Shown here: positions 14,485 through 27,091 of the stretch, piece by piece | How positions within the stretch are numbered: the stretch's first letter is position 1 | Layout: each line of letters begins with the position of its first letter | Source: Eledone cirrhosa | Taxonomy: Eukaryota | Direction of reading: 5' to 3' | Length of the DNA stretch: 64,000 bases | Assembly (NCBI GenBank): GCA_964016885.1 | Contig: OZ024744.1 | Location: 87,048,001 to 87,112,000, forward strand | Made by a program: the position numbers and the translations under genes | The notes under the pieces: generated by a model | What the model was told of the DNA's origin: nothing | What the model saw: only the letters and a program-made list of their open reading frames with translations | Database searches by the model: none

Positions 14485-14526
14485 ATATCTATCTATCTAT
14501 CTTGCACGATGTTTGTATGTTTCTCC

Positions 14527-15602
<1,076 letters not shown>

Positions 15603-15683
15603 AGGTATTAAAGTGCAAATTAATTGCATCCATAGGCATTGTGCCGAATGAGCTCTCGATGCTCTTGGGGAGCAGAGTATTAA

Positions 15684-15874
15684 TAATTGTTTTTACTTTT
15701 GGCACAAGGCCAGCAATTATCCAGTGTATTACTGGTACTTTATTTTATCGACCCCGTATGGATGAAAGGCAAAGTTAACCTCGGCGGGATTTGAACTCAG
15801 AATGGAAAGGGCCGTAACTCTTTGCGTCAAAGCATGGCGTCCGACCCTCTACCGATACTGCCAATCCACCGCCT
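15684..15874 (-). mobile_element. SINE family 1, full length with 14-bp TSD
   Basis: Reverse complement of 4279-4468; 'gagcagagtattaa' at 15670-15683 and 15875-15888. Confidence 0.9.
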
Positions 15875-15897
15875 GAGCAGAGTATTAACTATATTAA

Positions 15898-17366
15898 TCT
15901 ATATATATAAAACTGTGGTTGTCTGTCTGTCTATCGATTTTTGGCACACATCTCCTCTTAGAATCTCTCACGGAATTGCACCGAAATTGCTATACTTGTA
16001 CATTGAGCCCTAGCGAAGACATCGGAAAAGAAATTATTTCAAATTGACCCGCCCTATCTGACGAAATCGAATATAATGTATCGATTTTTGAGCGTAAGTG
16101 ATCAGTTATTTCCCTTTGTTCTGTTTACATTGAGCGTCTGCGTGCAAAAATTAAAAAAATTACGCTGGCTTTCTCAGCGTTTAAAATGACATTAACACAA
16201 TAATTTTTACTTGAAAACAAGTCTATTTAAAGACTACGTAAAACAAGCAAATATTTCGTTAAAAAAAGCAAAAATTATATAAGTTTATTTAAAATATATG
16301 TATCTGTAAATTTCGTTACGCGTGCAGTCAGTTTTATATATATAGATGATAAACAATAATATCCTCTATGAGGTCACTAAACCTGCTAGAAACAGCAGCT
16401 AACTCTCCCTCATATCACACCACTCCCTACTGTCTTAAATTTAGAAAACACATATCCTCTATGAGGTTACTAAACCTGCTAGAAACAGCAGCTAACTCTC
16501 CCTCATATCACACCACTCCCTACTGTCTTAAATTTAGAAAACACATATCCTCTATGAGGTTACTAAACCTGCTAGAAACAGCAGCTAACTCTCCCCCATA
16601 TCGTACCCCTCCCTACTGTCTTAAATTTAGAAAACATATCTTCTATGAGGTCACTAAACCTGCTAGAAACAGCAGCTAACTCTCCCTCATATCACACCCC
16701 TCCCTACTGTCTTAAATTTAGAAAACATATCCTCTATGAGGTCACTAAACCTGCTAGAAACAGCAGCTAACTCTCCCCCATATCACACCCCTCTCTACTG
16801 TCTTAAATTTAGAAAACATATCTTCTATGAGGTCACTAAACCTGCTAGAAACAGCAGCTAACTCTCCCTCATATCACACCACTCCCTACTGTCTTAAATT
16901 TAGAAAACACATATCCTCTATGAGGTCACTAAACCTGCTAGAAACAGCAGCTAACTCTCCCTCATATCACACCACTCCCTACTGTCTTAAATTTAGAAAA
17001 CACATATCCTCTATGAGGTCACTAAACCTGCTAGAAACAACAGCTAACTCTCCCTCATATCACAACCCTCCCTACTGTCTTAAATTTAGAAAACACACAG
17101 ACAACCATGCAGAACAACTCCATCGCAGCTCTGTTGTTCGGCTGGCATCGTCTACTCGCGTGTTGCGCAAGTACTGTGAAACAATAAATTTCAACACTTT
17201 TTTGCACAGAGATAATATCCATAGGCGAAACTACAATTGTCACTGCTGGCGCAGCTCATGCTTCCAGGTCTGCAATTCATTCACCCAGTGCCTGGCAAAC
17301 AAAAAAGTGCTGCAACCTAACTTTGGTAACTTAATGACCCCGAGCAACGCCGGGCTTTAATGCTAG
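15898..17366 (+). mobile_element. Non-autonomous Helitron
   Basis: A|TCTATATATATAAA 5' end; subterminal hairpin 'cccgagcaacgccggg' then CTAG|T at 17363-17367; no TSD. A nearly identical 3' hairpin ends the Pif1-encoding Helitron at 52938. Confidence 0.8.
16361..17097. repeat. 91-93 bp tandem repeat, 8 copies
   Basis: 'atgagg' unit anchors at 16368, 16461, 16554, 16645, 16736, 16827, 16920 and 17013. Confidence 0.95.
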
Positions 17367-17463
17367 TATATAATAGAACAAAGAATCAATGTTGTACTAT
17401 ATACATACTTAATTACATATGACATATGTAGACACGCGTCTAAGAGCGGCTACATGCCCGAAC

Positions 17464-17551
17464 ATATCTGAGGAGCATTCGATTCCAGAGTCAGGTTCGA
17501 TCATTAATAGATCGTTCCTCGAGCTGATCGACAGTGAAACATATGTAATAT
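17464..17551 (+). ncRNA. Type-I hammerhead motif (family B, long stem II)
   Basis: atat-CTGAGGA-gc..tcgat....atcga..gt-GAAAC-atat-GTA|atat; palindromic stem III ACATATGT; homologous copy at 35115-35208. Confidence 0.7.
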
Positions 17552-17609
17552 TTAATTAAATATGTATATGATGCAACACTGATTCTTTGTTCCCTTACTT
17601 GTTATATAT

Positions 17610-18124
17610 ATAAATGGAATAGAATGAAACAAAATTTCATTTCTCACTCTTAGTACAGCACTTACTTAAATGTAAGTATGTATGTATGTATACGTATATA
17701 CTTATATGTATACAGACGTACAGTAGTATGTATATATATATACATACATGCACACATATATATATATGCACGTATCGGTTTACCGAACGTTTATTATAAT
17801 GCCGGTTTGTTTGTTTGTAAACAAACAAACAGCCCGAATTACGCCGTACAGTGTTTAGGCAACCACGTCACCTTTTTGTTCAACACTGACACAGGAACGA
17901 TGTACTAATTTCAAGCTTATCAGCTATCGTCAGCATCGTATACCTTCCTGCCAGATGGTTGAACGTCTGAGAGTATATACTTTCCTTATGCATATTAACG
18001 GCTGAGCAGCCTAATTTGCATATCGCGTGAGTTCAGTCGGCCGGGCACACCGAAAACGATAAATGGAATAGAATGAAACGGAATTTCATTTCTCACTCTT
18101 AGTACGGCACTTACTTAAATGTAC
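17610..18124 (-). mobile_element. Short non-coding hammerhead-bearing element (family C), partial head-to-tail dimer
   Basis: ~65-bp direct repeat at 17612-17675 and 18060-18124 (period ~449); homologous to 29650-30482 in the opposite orientation. Confidence 0.75.
17897..17939 (-). ncRNA. Type-I hammerhead motif (family C)
   Basis: Minus strand: acgatg-CTGACGA-t-agct-gata-agct-t-GAAAT-ta-GTA|catcgt, with a perfect 6-bp stem I. Confidence 0.8.
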
Positions 18125-21100
18125 GTCGTCGCTCTCCCCCTCCACTAATCCTCTATAGGGCGCCGAGGTGGAGTTTCCACCGATCACATTGCCCGATTGG
18201 TCGAGGGCTGTGAGCGCCTGAAGACATTCCAGTCTCCAAGAACTCCCTCTCGGTCTTCGCTTGACCCAGGACTGCAGCTCCGTCAAGGAGACGAGCTGGG
18301 GAAAAACGCGTCTAGCAAACGGCTACCACACCTGATCACCGTCGAGGAAGAGGTGGAGATGTCGTAGTCTAAGCGCGTGTCTGCGCACCATCAGCCACGG
18401 CACGCCCAGCCCTCCACGTAGCGGGTGTTGACAGCAGAATTGATGGCCTGACCATCGGAGCGCGTCCCTTCCACAAAAAGCGAAAGAGCAAACGCTCCAG
18501 CGCAGTCAGGGTGGGCTTAGGATAAGGTATGACGATCAGGCGGTAGTAGATGACGGACGCGATGTACGCGTTAGCCACTTCCGCTCGACCTTTCAGGGAT
18601 AGCTTCCTCTCCTCCCATGTCTGAGTGAGAGAAGCCACCCTTCTCGTCACCTCGTCCCAGTTTTTGTCCGTCTGGAGGTCCGGACCGAACCAGACCACTA
18701 ACAATTTAACCGGCCAGTCCGTCCAGCGCCCGACGACGCTGTTGGACGGCATGGACCTGCCTCTCCAGGTGCCGAGCTGCAAGCCCACTGACATTTCCTG
18801 GTTGATCATTGCTCCTGTGACCGCTTCGTGTTCTCTTAGTGTAGTGCCGATTGCCTCGATGTGTTTGGCGTTCGAAACCACTAGGGTGACATCGTTCGCA
18901 TATGCTGACACGGATCTTCCGCATTCTAATTCGCGCGGGACCCCCCTCAACGTTTCCAGTTTTCGCAGTAATGGCTCAAGAGTCAATACGTACAGGAGGG
19001 ACGAGAGGAGACATCCTTGGCGGACCGAGCGCCTGATGTTGAACGGTTCCGAAAGGTGACCGTTCACTCTCACCATAGAGCAGATGTCGCTGTGCATGGC
19101 AGCGATCCAGCCTCTGAAGACGGGCCCAAAGCCAGCCGCCTTCAGGACTGCCGCTAGGTAACGATGGTCGACACTATCGAAAGCTTTCGACTGATCTAAA
19201 TTGATCAAGGACCCACCCGTGCCAGGTTCCCTAGCTACCCTCTCTACGATGTATCGCATGAGGTGGAGGTTGTCGTGGATGGATCTGTCGCGAATGGCGC
19301 ATGTCTGCGCCTCTCCCACCAGACCACCAACGACAAGCGCCAACCTCTTTCCTAACACCTTGGCCAAAATCTTGAACTCTGTGTTTAGCAGAGTTATGGG
19401 CCTAAAATTATATATGTTATCCCTCTTGTTGGGATCCTTTCTCAGCACTTCCATCTCTCCTCGGCTCACAGAGCTGGGAATTCTCCCGTTCTGTTGACAG
19501 TTGCAGTAGACGTCCGCCAAGAGGCCTCCGAACAAGTCTGGTATCTGTACGTAAAGTTCATAGGGCAGACCATCCAAACCAGGCGATTTACCCCTTGTAC
19601 AGCCAGTCATTGCCTCCCGTACTTCAGCGGTTGTTATCGACTTTTCGCAACACTTCGCCTCAGTGGCAGAGAGCTGCGGCAGTCCGTCGAGGTAGACACT
19701 AAAGTCCATCCCTCGATCTGGCCCGCCGCTGCCCCCGAACAGCTGTGCGAAGTGTTGCTGAAAAGCTTCACACATTTGCCCGGGATCGAGTAGCATGCGC
19801 CCGTCGTGGTCCACCAAAGACCGGATAGTGGCTTGTTGCCACGACGCGCTCCGCCACTCGGGCCCATTGAACGGCTTTCGTCCCCTCGTGTCTGAGAGCA
19901 GGCACCCTAGCTCTGACAACGCAGCTTTCTTGCTTTATATTGAAGAATTGGTCAAGGGCCAATTTCGCTGCAAGTACGTCGGTCGCGATGCCTTTGCTAA
20001 GCGCCTCGTCTAATTTTCTAACTAGTTCTCCCTCTCCTCTATTTTTCTCTATGACTAAAGCCTTACTAAACCTAATGGATTCTATTCTAATCGCTCTTTT
20101 CAGAGCAAACCACCACTTGTTGTTGACGATGGCCCCCGTCAACGCTCGCTTAACTAGTTCGCTAATCTGGTTTCTGTAGGCCTTGCGCGCTGGTAAGGAC
20201 ACGTTTAGCTTCCAGTAGCCGGGTCCTCGTCTATGAAGCCTATCCAAGTCAAGCACACAGATCCCGAATTTGTGGTCCGTGTAGCTGACTATCTTGAATT
20301 GTGGACAGCTTATGCTAGACCTATCTATTTCCCTACAAAATACTCTATTGCTATGATCTGGATGACCCTATACGATTTGTCCAAGTCTACATTGGCACAT
20401 TCGGGAAATCCAATCGGTACCCGTCAGACGGTTCAAAACGCCTGAGCAGGTTGGTGAGGCTCTTGCACCCTACTCCCCTATCTGCTAATCCCACACAGTC
20501 CCAGCGTGCATTTAAGATCCCGTTCCAGTCGCCCACTAATACTAGAGAGCTGGACGTTCCTAGAAAGGTCTCCAGACGCCGAAAGGAATCAGGCCGCCCT
20601 GCTCCTGTCGGGGCATAAACGGCCACTTGCCTGAAAGCTTGCTCTTCTCCGCTGGTCACGTGCAGCACCACCAACTTAACTTTCATCGTCCAGGAAGATG
20701 GCCCATATGGCGAGAGCCAAACCTCTCCGAAAAAGCACAGCAACTCCTCTCCCCGATCCAGGACGGCTGGGAGATGCGTACACATTGTAGCCGCCGAAGA
20801 TCGCTGGGAAGGCCTGTGCTTCGGAATTCTGGTCTCGCTGATGGCCACCACATCTATGTTTAGTGACCTGAGGTCGTTGAGCAGGTGGCCCTGCTTCAAT
20901 GACGACCCCAAGCCACGCGCATTTATGCTGCCTATTGTGAGTGAGATCATTTTGAAATGGAGTTGAAAAGATGGGAAAGACCACTTACCTTACTTCTCGT
21001 AGAGGAAGGATGGTTCCTCCATCCCTTTTCACTTGATCGTCTGGTGAATCGTTCCTTCGGCTGGTCGTCGACTCTTCTGTGAGTATATCCGAATATACTC

Positions 21101-23351
21101 TCCGGTTGAGTGACACTCCTAGGCCTCTGAAATCACCAACTGCGCTGGGGAATTTCGTTTTAATGTTTGTGTATTGTTTCTGTGCTATACTTACCAGTCT
21201 TATGTTCGTTGGTGTTTTGATTGGTGCTGGTATTATGTAGTCGTGCTGTGAAATGTCTGTGTGTTCAATTATGTAAGTCATTAGTTTCTTGTTGTGTGTA
21301 TTTATTGCTGTGCATTTGTTTTTCTGGGGGTGGGGTGTGGTTCTGCTATTTTCTTGTCGTTGTTGCTGGGTGTGTGTGTTTGTTGTTGTGTTTGCGATGT
21401 TGGTGCTTGTGGTTGAAGGTGTTGTAGTTGTTGGCGGTGGGGTTGCCGCCGGTGGTGATGGTGGTGCTATTGTGGGTGGTGATGGTGTTGGTGGTGTTGC
21501 TGCTGTAAGTCTCTTTGCAGTAGCCTTTACCCTTTTTTCATTTCTTTCCTCCCTTTTCGTAGGCGACAATGCGCTGCTTCTGCGTTTGTGCCTTCTTGCG
21601 ACCTTTTGCCATCCCTCTCCCACCTCGCACTCCATGTCCGATTCTGTGCGGTCGAGGAGGGGTACCAGCTCCACTCTTTAACTTGTTCTTGTTTGTGATG
21701 TTTGCAGTGGAGTCTCTGTTGCAGCTGCAGTTGGTATTACTGTTGTTGTTGTTAATACTTCTACTGCTGCTGCTGCTGTTTTTTGATTTCCGTGGCGTAG
21801 GTATGGGTGCCACGGACCTATCCTTCATACTTGTTGCCTGTCCTGTAGCTGGTACCAGTGGGACCGGTTTCGGAAGGAGGGGGGTTTTCTCCTTTCTCAG
21901 GGTCGTCTCATTGCAAAAGGCCCTGATGTGAGTCTTCGATCCACAGCGAAAGCATTTCGGGCGTTTGCCCTCAACACTTATGGGCAGTTGAGTGCCGTTA
22001 TCGAAGTCTATCACATCCGGGATAGCTTCGATGCACTCCTGGTTGGTTTGGATTAACATCTCAATGGAGGTCCCGACCCAAACTTCTCGTACTTTTTTCT
22101 GTACTTGCAGTACAGTTGTTTTGTCCTCGATTCCGACGAGGACAGACGCGGCCAGCCAAGAAGGGCCCATTCCGGGGGGGGGGGGCGTGGATCAGTTTAA
22201 CCATCACAATTTTTTGCCCGCAGTAGGAGGGTATTTCCTCGCTCCTTAGGGTCACTAAGGATTGAGCCTTTGCCTCCTGGGGTGTGGCAAAAAGCACGTC
22301 CACGGTGGCATATTTCTTGCCTCGGGTGATATGCGTTTTCCGCTGCCACACAGACCCTATGGCTTTTTGTATTTGAGCCTCTGTGGCTCTTTCAACCCTA
22401 CGTGATTTTGTGCTTACTGTACGGTACGTGACCGTACAGTGCTGTTTGGTTTCTACAAATTTTTCGGCTGCCTTGCAGATTGCTCGGTGTCCGGTTTTCG
22501 TCACCATCTTCTTTGCTTCCTGTAATTCCTCATTTGTTATAAGGATGGTTTCCAGATTCTTTGCGATACCTGCAAACGAGATTGGTTTTTCTTTCTTGAT
22601 GTTGTTGTTGTTGTCGTCAGAGCTGCTGTTACTTTTGTTGTTGCTGCTGGTACTACGACAGCCGCCACCACTGCTGTGGCTGTGGTTGTTGTTGTTGCTG
22701 CTGCTGTTGTTGTTGTTGCTGTTGCTGCTGCTGCTGCTGCTGCTGTTGTTGTTTATGCTGCTGATAATGTTGTTGTGGCTGCTACTAGTGTTTTCCTTGT
22801 CACTGTTGCTGCTGCTGCTGTTATTACGGCTGCTGCTGCTATTCTTCATGACGTCAGACGAATGAAATGGCTTTCCTTGTTTACCGCACACATTTTTCGT
22901 CGTTGTCGTCGTCGTGGAGAAATATTCCACGGTATGCACGTGCTCTTGGTGAAAGCTATCAGAAACTATATTTTTCTTTTTCTTTAATGGCGTCTCTTGC
23001 GAAAGATAAGGCAGGGAGAGAGACACATTTAGAGAAGGCGGGGAGAGAGACAATCTTTTCTCTGACGTAATGACGATTGAGGAAGAAGAAGACGGAAGGA
23101 GTGGGATGACTTGTGAAAATTCTTTTTTGTAGACATGTTTTTTTGGGGGTTAAAATGAATATTGGGCACAAAACCCCAATAAGCGGTTATTAAAACCCGA
23201 AGAGCAAAATAACGGGCAGAAAGACCCCTCTCACGAGGAGGAGGGTGTTTTTATCTACAATTTGGTTAATGTTTTAAACAATTTACAATTGTTATAACGG
23301 TTAAAAATTACTATACCTTACAGAGCCGAGCCTCCGTCAACCATGGCATTC
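18121..23351 (-). mobile_element. Tx1 retrotransposon family 1, copy B (5' end intact, 3' end lost, frameshifted)
   Basis: Closely similar to copy A along its length. ORF1 pieces 22061-23053, 21538-22170 (CFRCGSKTHIRAFC) and 20985-21674; ORF2 pieces 20387-20950, 19768-20256 and 18369-19919 (YADD changed to YAND). The 5' end 'gaatgccatgg' is next to (ATT)11. Confidence 0.95.
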
Positions 23352-23386
<35 letters not shown>

Positions 23387-23636
23387 TTTCTTTATTAACC
23401 ACAAGGGTTTACATAAAGTAGACATTAAAGACAGTGCAGGACAATGCAGGACGGTACAAATGGGCATTTCTGCGTGTAAAAAAAACAAAAACAGAGGATG
23501 TAACAAAAAATAACAATGAAAAATTCCCCAATAGGGGGCAGACTTCGGAGGGACATTTGTGGAGAAAGCCCAGTAAAAAGCCACAATGACCCTGACCACC
23601 AAGGCAAGTGCCCTCTCCCAGTTTTCCACCTTTAAT

Positions 23637-26600
23637 TTACAGATATATACTCAGAGTAGGCCCATTCACTCGGGCCATTCTTGCTTCTCTCACCCATCTT
23701 TCAACAAAATGCTGGGAAGAGAGCACTTCCCTCTCTACTCTGATTTTCCTTTTCAAATGAAATTTGAAAAAGTCAATCAGAGCATCACCGAAGAGGTAAG
23801 TGCTCGTCTTCAGCCCTTTCAAACGTGTCCACCATACTATCTCTTTCACCATGGCCACCAGGCAGATAAAAAGTGCCTGCCCTTCCCGGCTAAAGGAGGA
23901 GGGCGGGGCAATCCTCACGATGGACTCAGATGATAGCCGGATCCGTCCTAAACGCGACAGCAGGTGTTCGACATAAACCCACAAGTCAGCAATTTTCGGA
24001 CACTGGACGAGTGCGTGCAGGACGGTTTCGTCGCTCTGCGCGCATCTCGGACATGCCCGGCTGACGACACCTCCATGCCTGTAGAGTTTATCCCGAACTG
24101 GCAAGGCTCCTCGGTAGCACTGCCAGGCCAGAGATTTCTGGAAGTTGTCCATAGGCCCTGGCCCGAAAGTTCTTCCGAAGAGATTGGCTAGTTGATTTTC
24201 GTCGACGCCTAGAGTTTCCCCAAGTACGTCGTCGCTCTTCCCCTCCACTAATCCTCTATAGAACGCCGAGGTGGAGTTTCCACCGATCACATTGCCCGAT
24301 TGGTCGAGGGCTGTGAGCGCCTGAAAACATTCCAGTCTCCAGGCGCTCCCTCTCGGTCTTCGCTTGACCCAGGACTGCAGCTCCGTCAAGGAAACGAGCT
24401 GGCGAAAAACGCGTCTAGCAAACGGCGACCACACCTGATCACCGTCGAGGAAGAGGTGGAGATGTCGTAGCCTGAGCGCGTGCCTGCGCATCATCAGCCA
24501 CGGCATGCCCAGCCCTCCACGTAGCGGGTGTTGACAACAGATGGACCGCCTGACCATCGGAGCACGTCCCTTCCACAAAAAGCGAAAGAGCAAACGCTCC
24601 AGCGCAGTCAGGCGAGGCTTAGGACAAGGTACGACGGTTAGGCGGTAGCAGATGACAGACGCGATGTACGCGTTAGCCACCTCCGCTCGACCTTTCAGGG
24701 ATAGCTTCCTCTCGGCCCATTTCTGGGTGAGAGAAGCCACCCTGCTCGTCACCTCGTCCCAGTTTTTGTCCGTCTGGAGGTCCGGACCGGACCAGACCCC
24801 TAGCAATTTAACCGGTCCGTCTGTCCAGCGCCCGACGACGCTGTTGGACGGCATGGACCTGCCTCTCCAGGTGCCGAGCTGCAGGCCCACCGACTTTTCC
24901 TGGTTGATCATTGCTCCTGCCACCGCTTCGTATTCTCTTACTGTAGTGCCGATCGCCTCGATGTGTTTGGCGTTCGACACCACTACGGTGACATCGTCCG
25001 CATATGCTGACACGGATCTTCCGCATCCTAGTTCGCGCGGGACTCCCCTCAACGTCTCCAGTTTGTGCAGTAATGGCTCGAGAGTCAATACGTACAAGAG
25101 GGACGAGAGGGGACATCCTTGGCGGACCGAGCGCATGATGTTGAACGGTTCCGACAGGTGACCGTTCACTCTCACCACAGAGCAGATGTCGCTGTGCATG
25201 GCAGCGATCCAGCCTCTGAAGACGGGCCCAAAGCCAGCCGCCCTCAGGACTGCCGCTAGGTAACGATGGTCGACCCTATCGAAAGCTTTCGACTGATCTA
25301 AATTGATCAAGGACCCACCCGTGCCAGGTTCCTTAGCTACCCTCTCTATGATGTATCGCATGAGGTGGAGGTTGTCGTGGATGGATCTGTCGGGAATGGC
25401 GCATGTCTGCGCCTCTCCCACCAGACCACCAACGACAAGCGCCAACCTCTTTGCTAGCACCTTGGCCAAAATCTTGAACTCTGAGTTTAGCAGAGTTATG
25501 GGCCGGAAATTGTCTATGTTATCCCCCTTGTTCGGATCCTTTCTCAGCAGTGCCACCGCTCCTCGGCTCACAGAACTGGGAATTCTCCCGTTCTGTTGCC
25601 AGTTGCAGTAGACGTCCGCCAAGAGGCCTCCGAACAAGTCTGGCATCTGTACGTAAAGTTCATGGGGCAGACCATCCAAACCAGGCGATTTACCCCTTGT
25701 GCAGCCAGTCATTGCCTCCCTTACTTCAGCGGCTGTTATCGGCTTTTCGCAACACTTCGCCTCAGTGGCCGAGAGCCGCGGCAGTCCGTCGAGGTAGACA
25801 CTAAAGTCCATCCCTCTACCCGGCCCCCCGCTGCCCCCGAACAGCTGAGCGAAGTGTCGCTGAAAAGCTTCACACATTTGCCCGGGATCGAGTAGCATGC
25901 CCCCGTCGTTGTCCACCAAAGACCGGATCGTGGCTTTGTTGCCACGACGCGCCTCCGCCACTCGGGCCCATTGAACGGCTTTCGTCCCCTCGTGTCTGAG
26001 AGCACGCACCCTTGCTCTGAGAACGCAGCCTTCGTCCTTTGCATTGAAGAATTGGTCAAGGGCCAATTTCGCCGCAAGCACGTCGGTTGCAATGCCTTTG
26101 CTAAGCGCCTCGTCTAATTTTCTAACTAGTTCTCCCTCTGCTCTATTTTTCTCTATTGCTAAAGCCTTACTAAACCTAATCGATTCTATTCTAATCGCTC
26201 TTTTCAGAGCAAACCACCACTTGTTGTTGACGATGGCCCCCGTCAACGCCCGCTTAACTAGTTCGCTAATCCGGTCTCTGTAGGCCTTGCGCGCTGGTAA
26301 GGACGCGTTTAGCTTCCAGTAGCCGGGTCCTCGTCTATGAAGCCTATCTAAGTCAAGCACACAGATCACGAATTTGTGGTCCGTGTAGCTGACTATCTTG
26401 AATTGTGGACAGCCTATGCTAGACCTATCTATTTCCCTACAAAATACTCTATCTAGATATGATCTGGATGACCCTATGCGGTTTGTCCAAGTCCACATTG
26501 GCACATTCGGGAAATCCAATCGGTACCTGTCAGACAGTTCAAAACGCCTGAGCAGGTTGGTGAGGCTCTTGCACCCTCCACCCCTATCCGCTAATCCCAC

Positions 26601-27056
26601 ACAGTCCCAGCGTGCATCTAAGATGCCGTTCCAGTCGCCCACTAACACTAAAGAGCGGGACGTTCCAAGAAAGGTCTCCAGACGCCGGAAGAAATCAGGC
26701 CGCCCTGCTCCTGTCGGGGCATAGACGGCCACTAGCCTGAAAGCTTGCCCGTCTCCGCTGGTCACGTCCAGCACCACCAGCTTACCCTCTGGGTCCAGGA
26801 AGATGGCCCGTATGGCGAGATCCAAAACTCTCCGAAAAAGTACAGCAACTCCTCCACCGGATCCAGGACGGCTGGGAGATGCGTACACATCGTAGCCGCC
26901 GAAGATCGGTGCGAAGGCCCGTGCTTCGGAGATTCTGGTCTCGCTGATGGCCACTACATCTATGTTTAGTGACCTGAGGTCGTTGAGCAGGTGACCCTGC
27001 TTCCATGACGACCCCAAGCCACGCGCATTTATGCTGCCTATTCTGAGTGAGGTCAT
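23637..27056 (-). CDS. Tx1 ORF2: APE endonuclease + reverse transcriptase + C-terminal zinc knuckle (1139 aa, uninterrupted)
   Basis: APE motifs GSINARGL, SET, VYAP, GDWN, YLDR, TDH; RT motifs PGLDG, FRPITLLN, LDQSKAFDRVDH, SVRQGCPLS, YADD; C-terminal CPRC-x8-H-x4-C. Confidence 0.97.
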   Translation of the reverse strand: MTSLRIGSINARGLGSSWKQGHLLNDLRSLNIDVVAISETRISEARAFAPIFGGYDVYASPSRPGSGGGVAVLFRRVLDLAIRAIFLDPEGKLVVLDVTSGDGQAFRLVAVYAPTGAGRPDFFRRLETFLGTSRSLVLVGDWNGILDARWDCVGLADRGGGCKSLTNLLRRFELSDRYRLDFPNVPMWTWTNRIGSSRSYLDRVFCREIDRSSIGCPQFKIVSYTDHKFVICVLDLDRLHRRGPGYWKLNASLPARKAYRDRISELVKRALTGAIVNNKWWFALKRAIRIESIRFSKALAIEKNRAEGELVRKLDEALSKGIATDVLAAKLALDQFFNAKDEGCVLRARVRALRHEGTKAVQWARVAEARRGNKATIRSLVDNDGGMLLDPGQMCEAFQRHFAQLFGGSGGPGRGMDFSVYLDGLPRLSATEAKCCEKPITAAEVREAMTGCTRGKSPGLDGLPHELYVQMPDLFGGLLADVYCNWQQNGRIPSSVSRGAVALLRKDPNKGDNIDNFRPITLLNSEFKILAKVLAKRLALVVGGLVGEAQTCAIPDRSIHDNLHLMRYIIERVAKEPGTGGSLINLDQSKAFDRVDHRYLAAVLRAAGFGPVFRGWIAAMHSDICSVVRVNGHLSEPFNIMRSVRQGCPLSSLLYVLTLEPLLHKLETLRGVPRELGCGRSVSAYADDVTVVVSNAKHIEAIGTTVREYEAVAGAMINQEKSVGLQLGTWRGRSMPSNSVVGRWTDGPVKLLGVWSGPDLQTDKNWDEVTSRVASLTQKWAERKLSLKGRAEVANAYIASVICYRLTVVPCPKPRLTALERLLFRFLWKGRAPMVRRSICCQHPLRGGLGMPWLMMRRHALRLRHLHLFLDGDQVWSPFARRVFRQLVSLTELQSWVKRRPRGSAWRLECFQALTALDQSGNVIGGNSTSAFYRGLVEGKSDDVLGETLGVDENQLANLFGRTFGPGPMDNFQKSLAWQCYRGALPVRDKLYRHGGVVSRACPRCAQSDETVLHALVQCPKIADLWVYVEHLLSRLGRIRLSSESIVRIAPPSSFSREGQALFICLVAMVKEIVWWTRLKGLKTSTYLFGDALIDFFKFHLKRKIRVEREVLSSQHFVERWVREARMARVNGPTLSIYL

Positions 27057-27091
27057 GTTTAAAATAGAGTGGAAAAGATGGGAAAGACCAC

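Noticed and set aside
16361-17097. CRISPR-like or repeat-protein appearance of the 93-bp array (also the 39-bp array at 1488)
   Set aside because: Units are contiguous and near-identical with no unique spacers and no cas genes; 91-bp units break the reading frame; the context is eukaryotic.
21221-22987. Plus-strand Leu/Val-rich 'membrane protein' ORFs (also 27340-29082)
   Set aside because: Antisense shadows of the (AAC/AGC)n-rich Tx1 ORF1.
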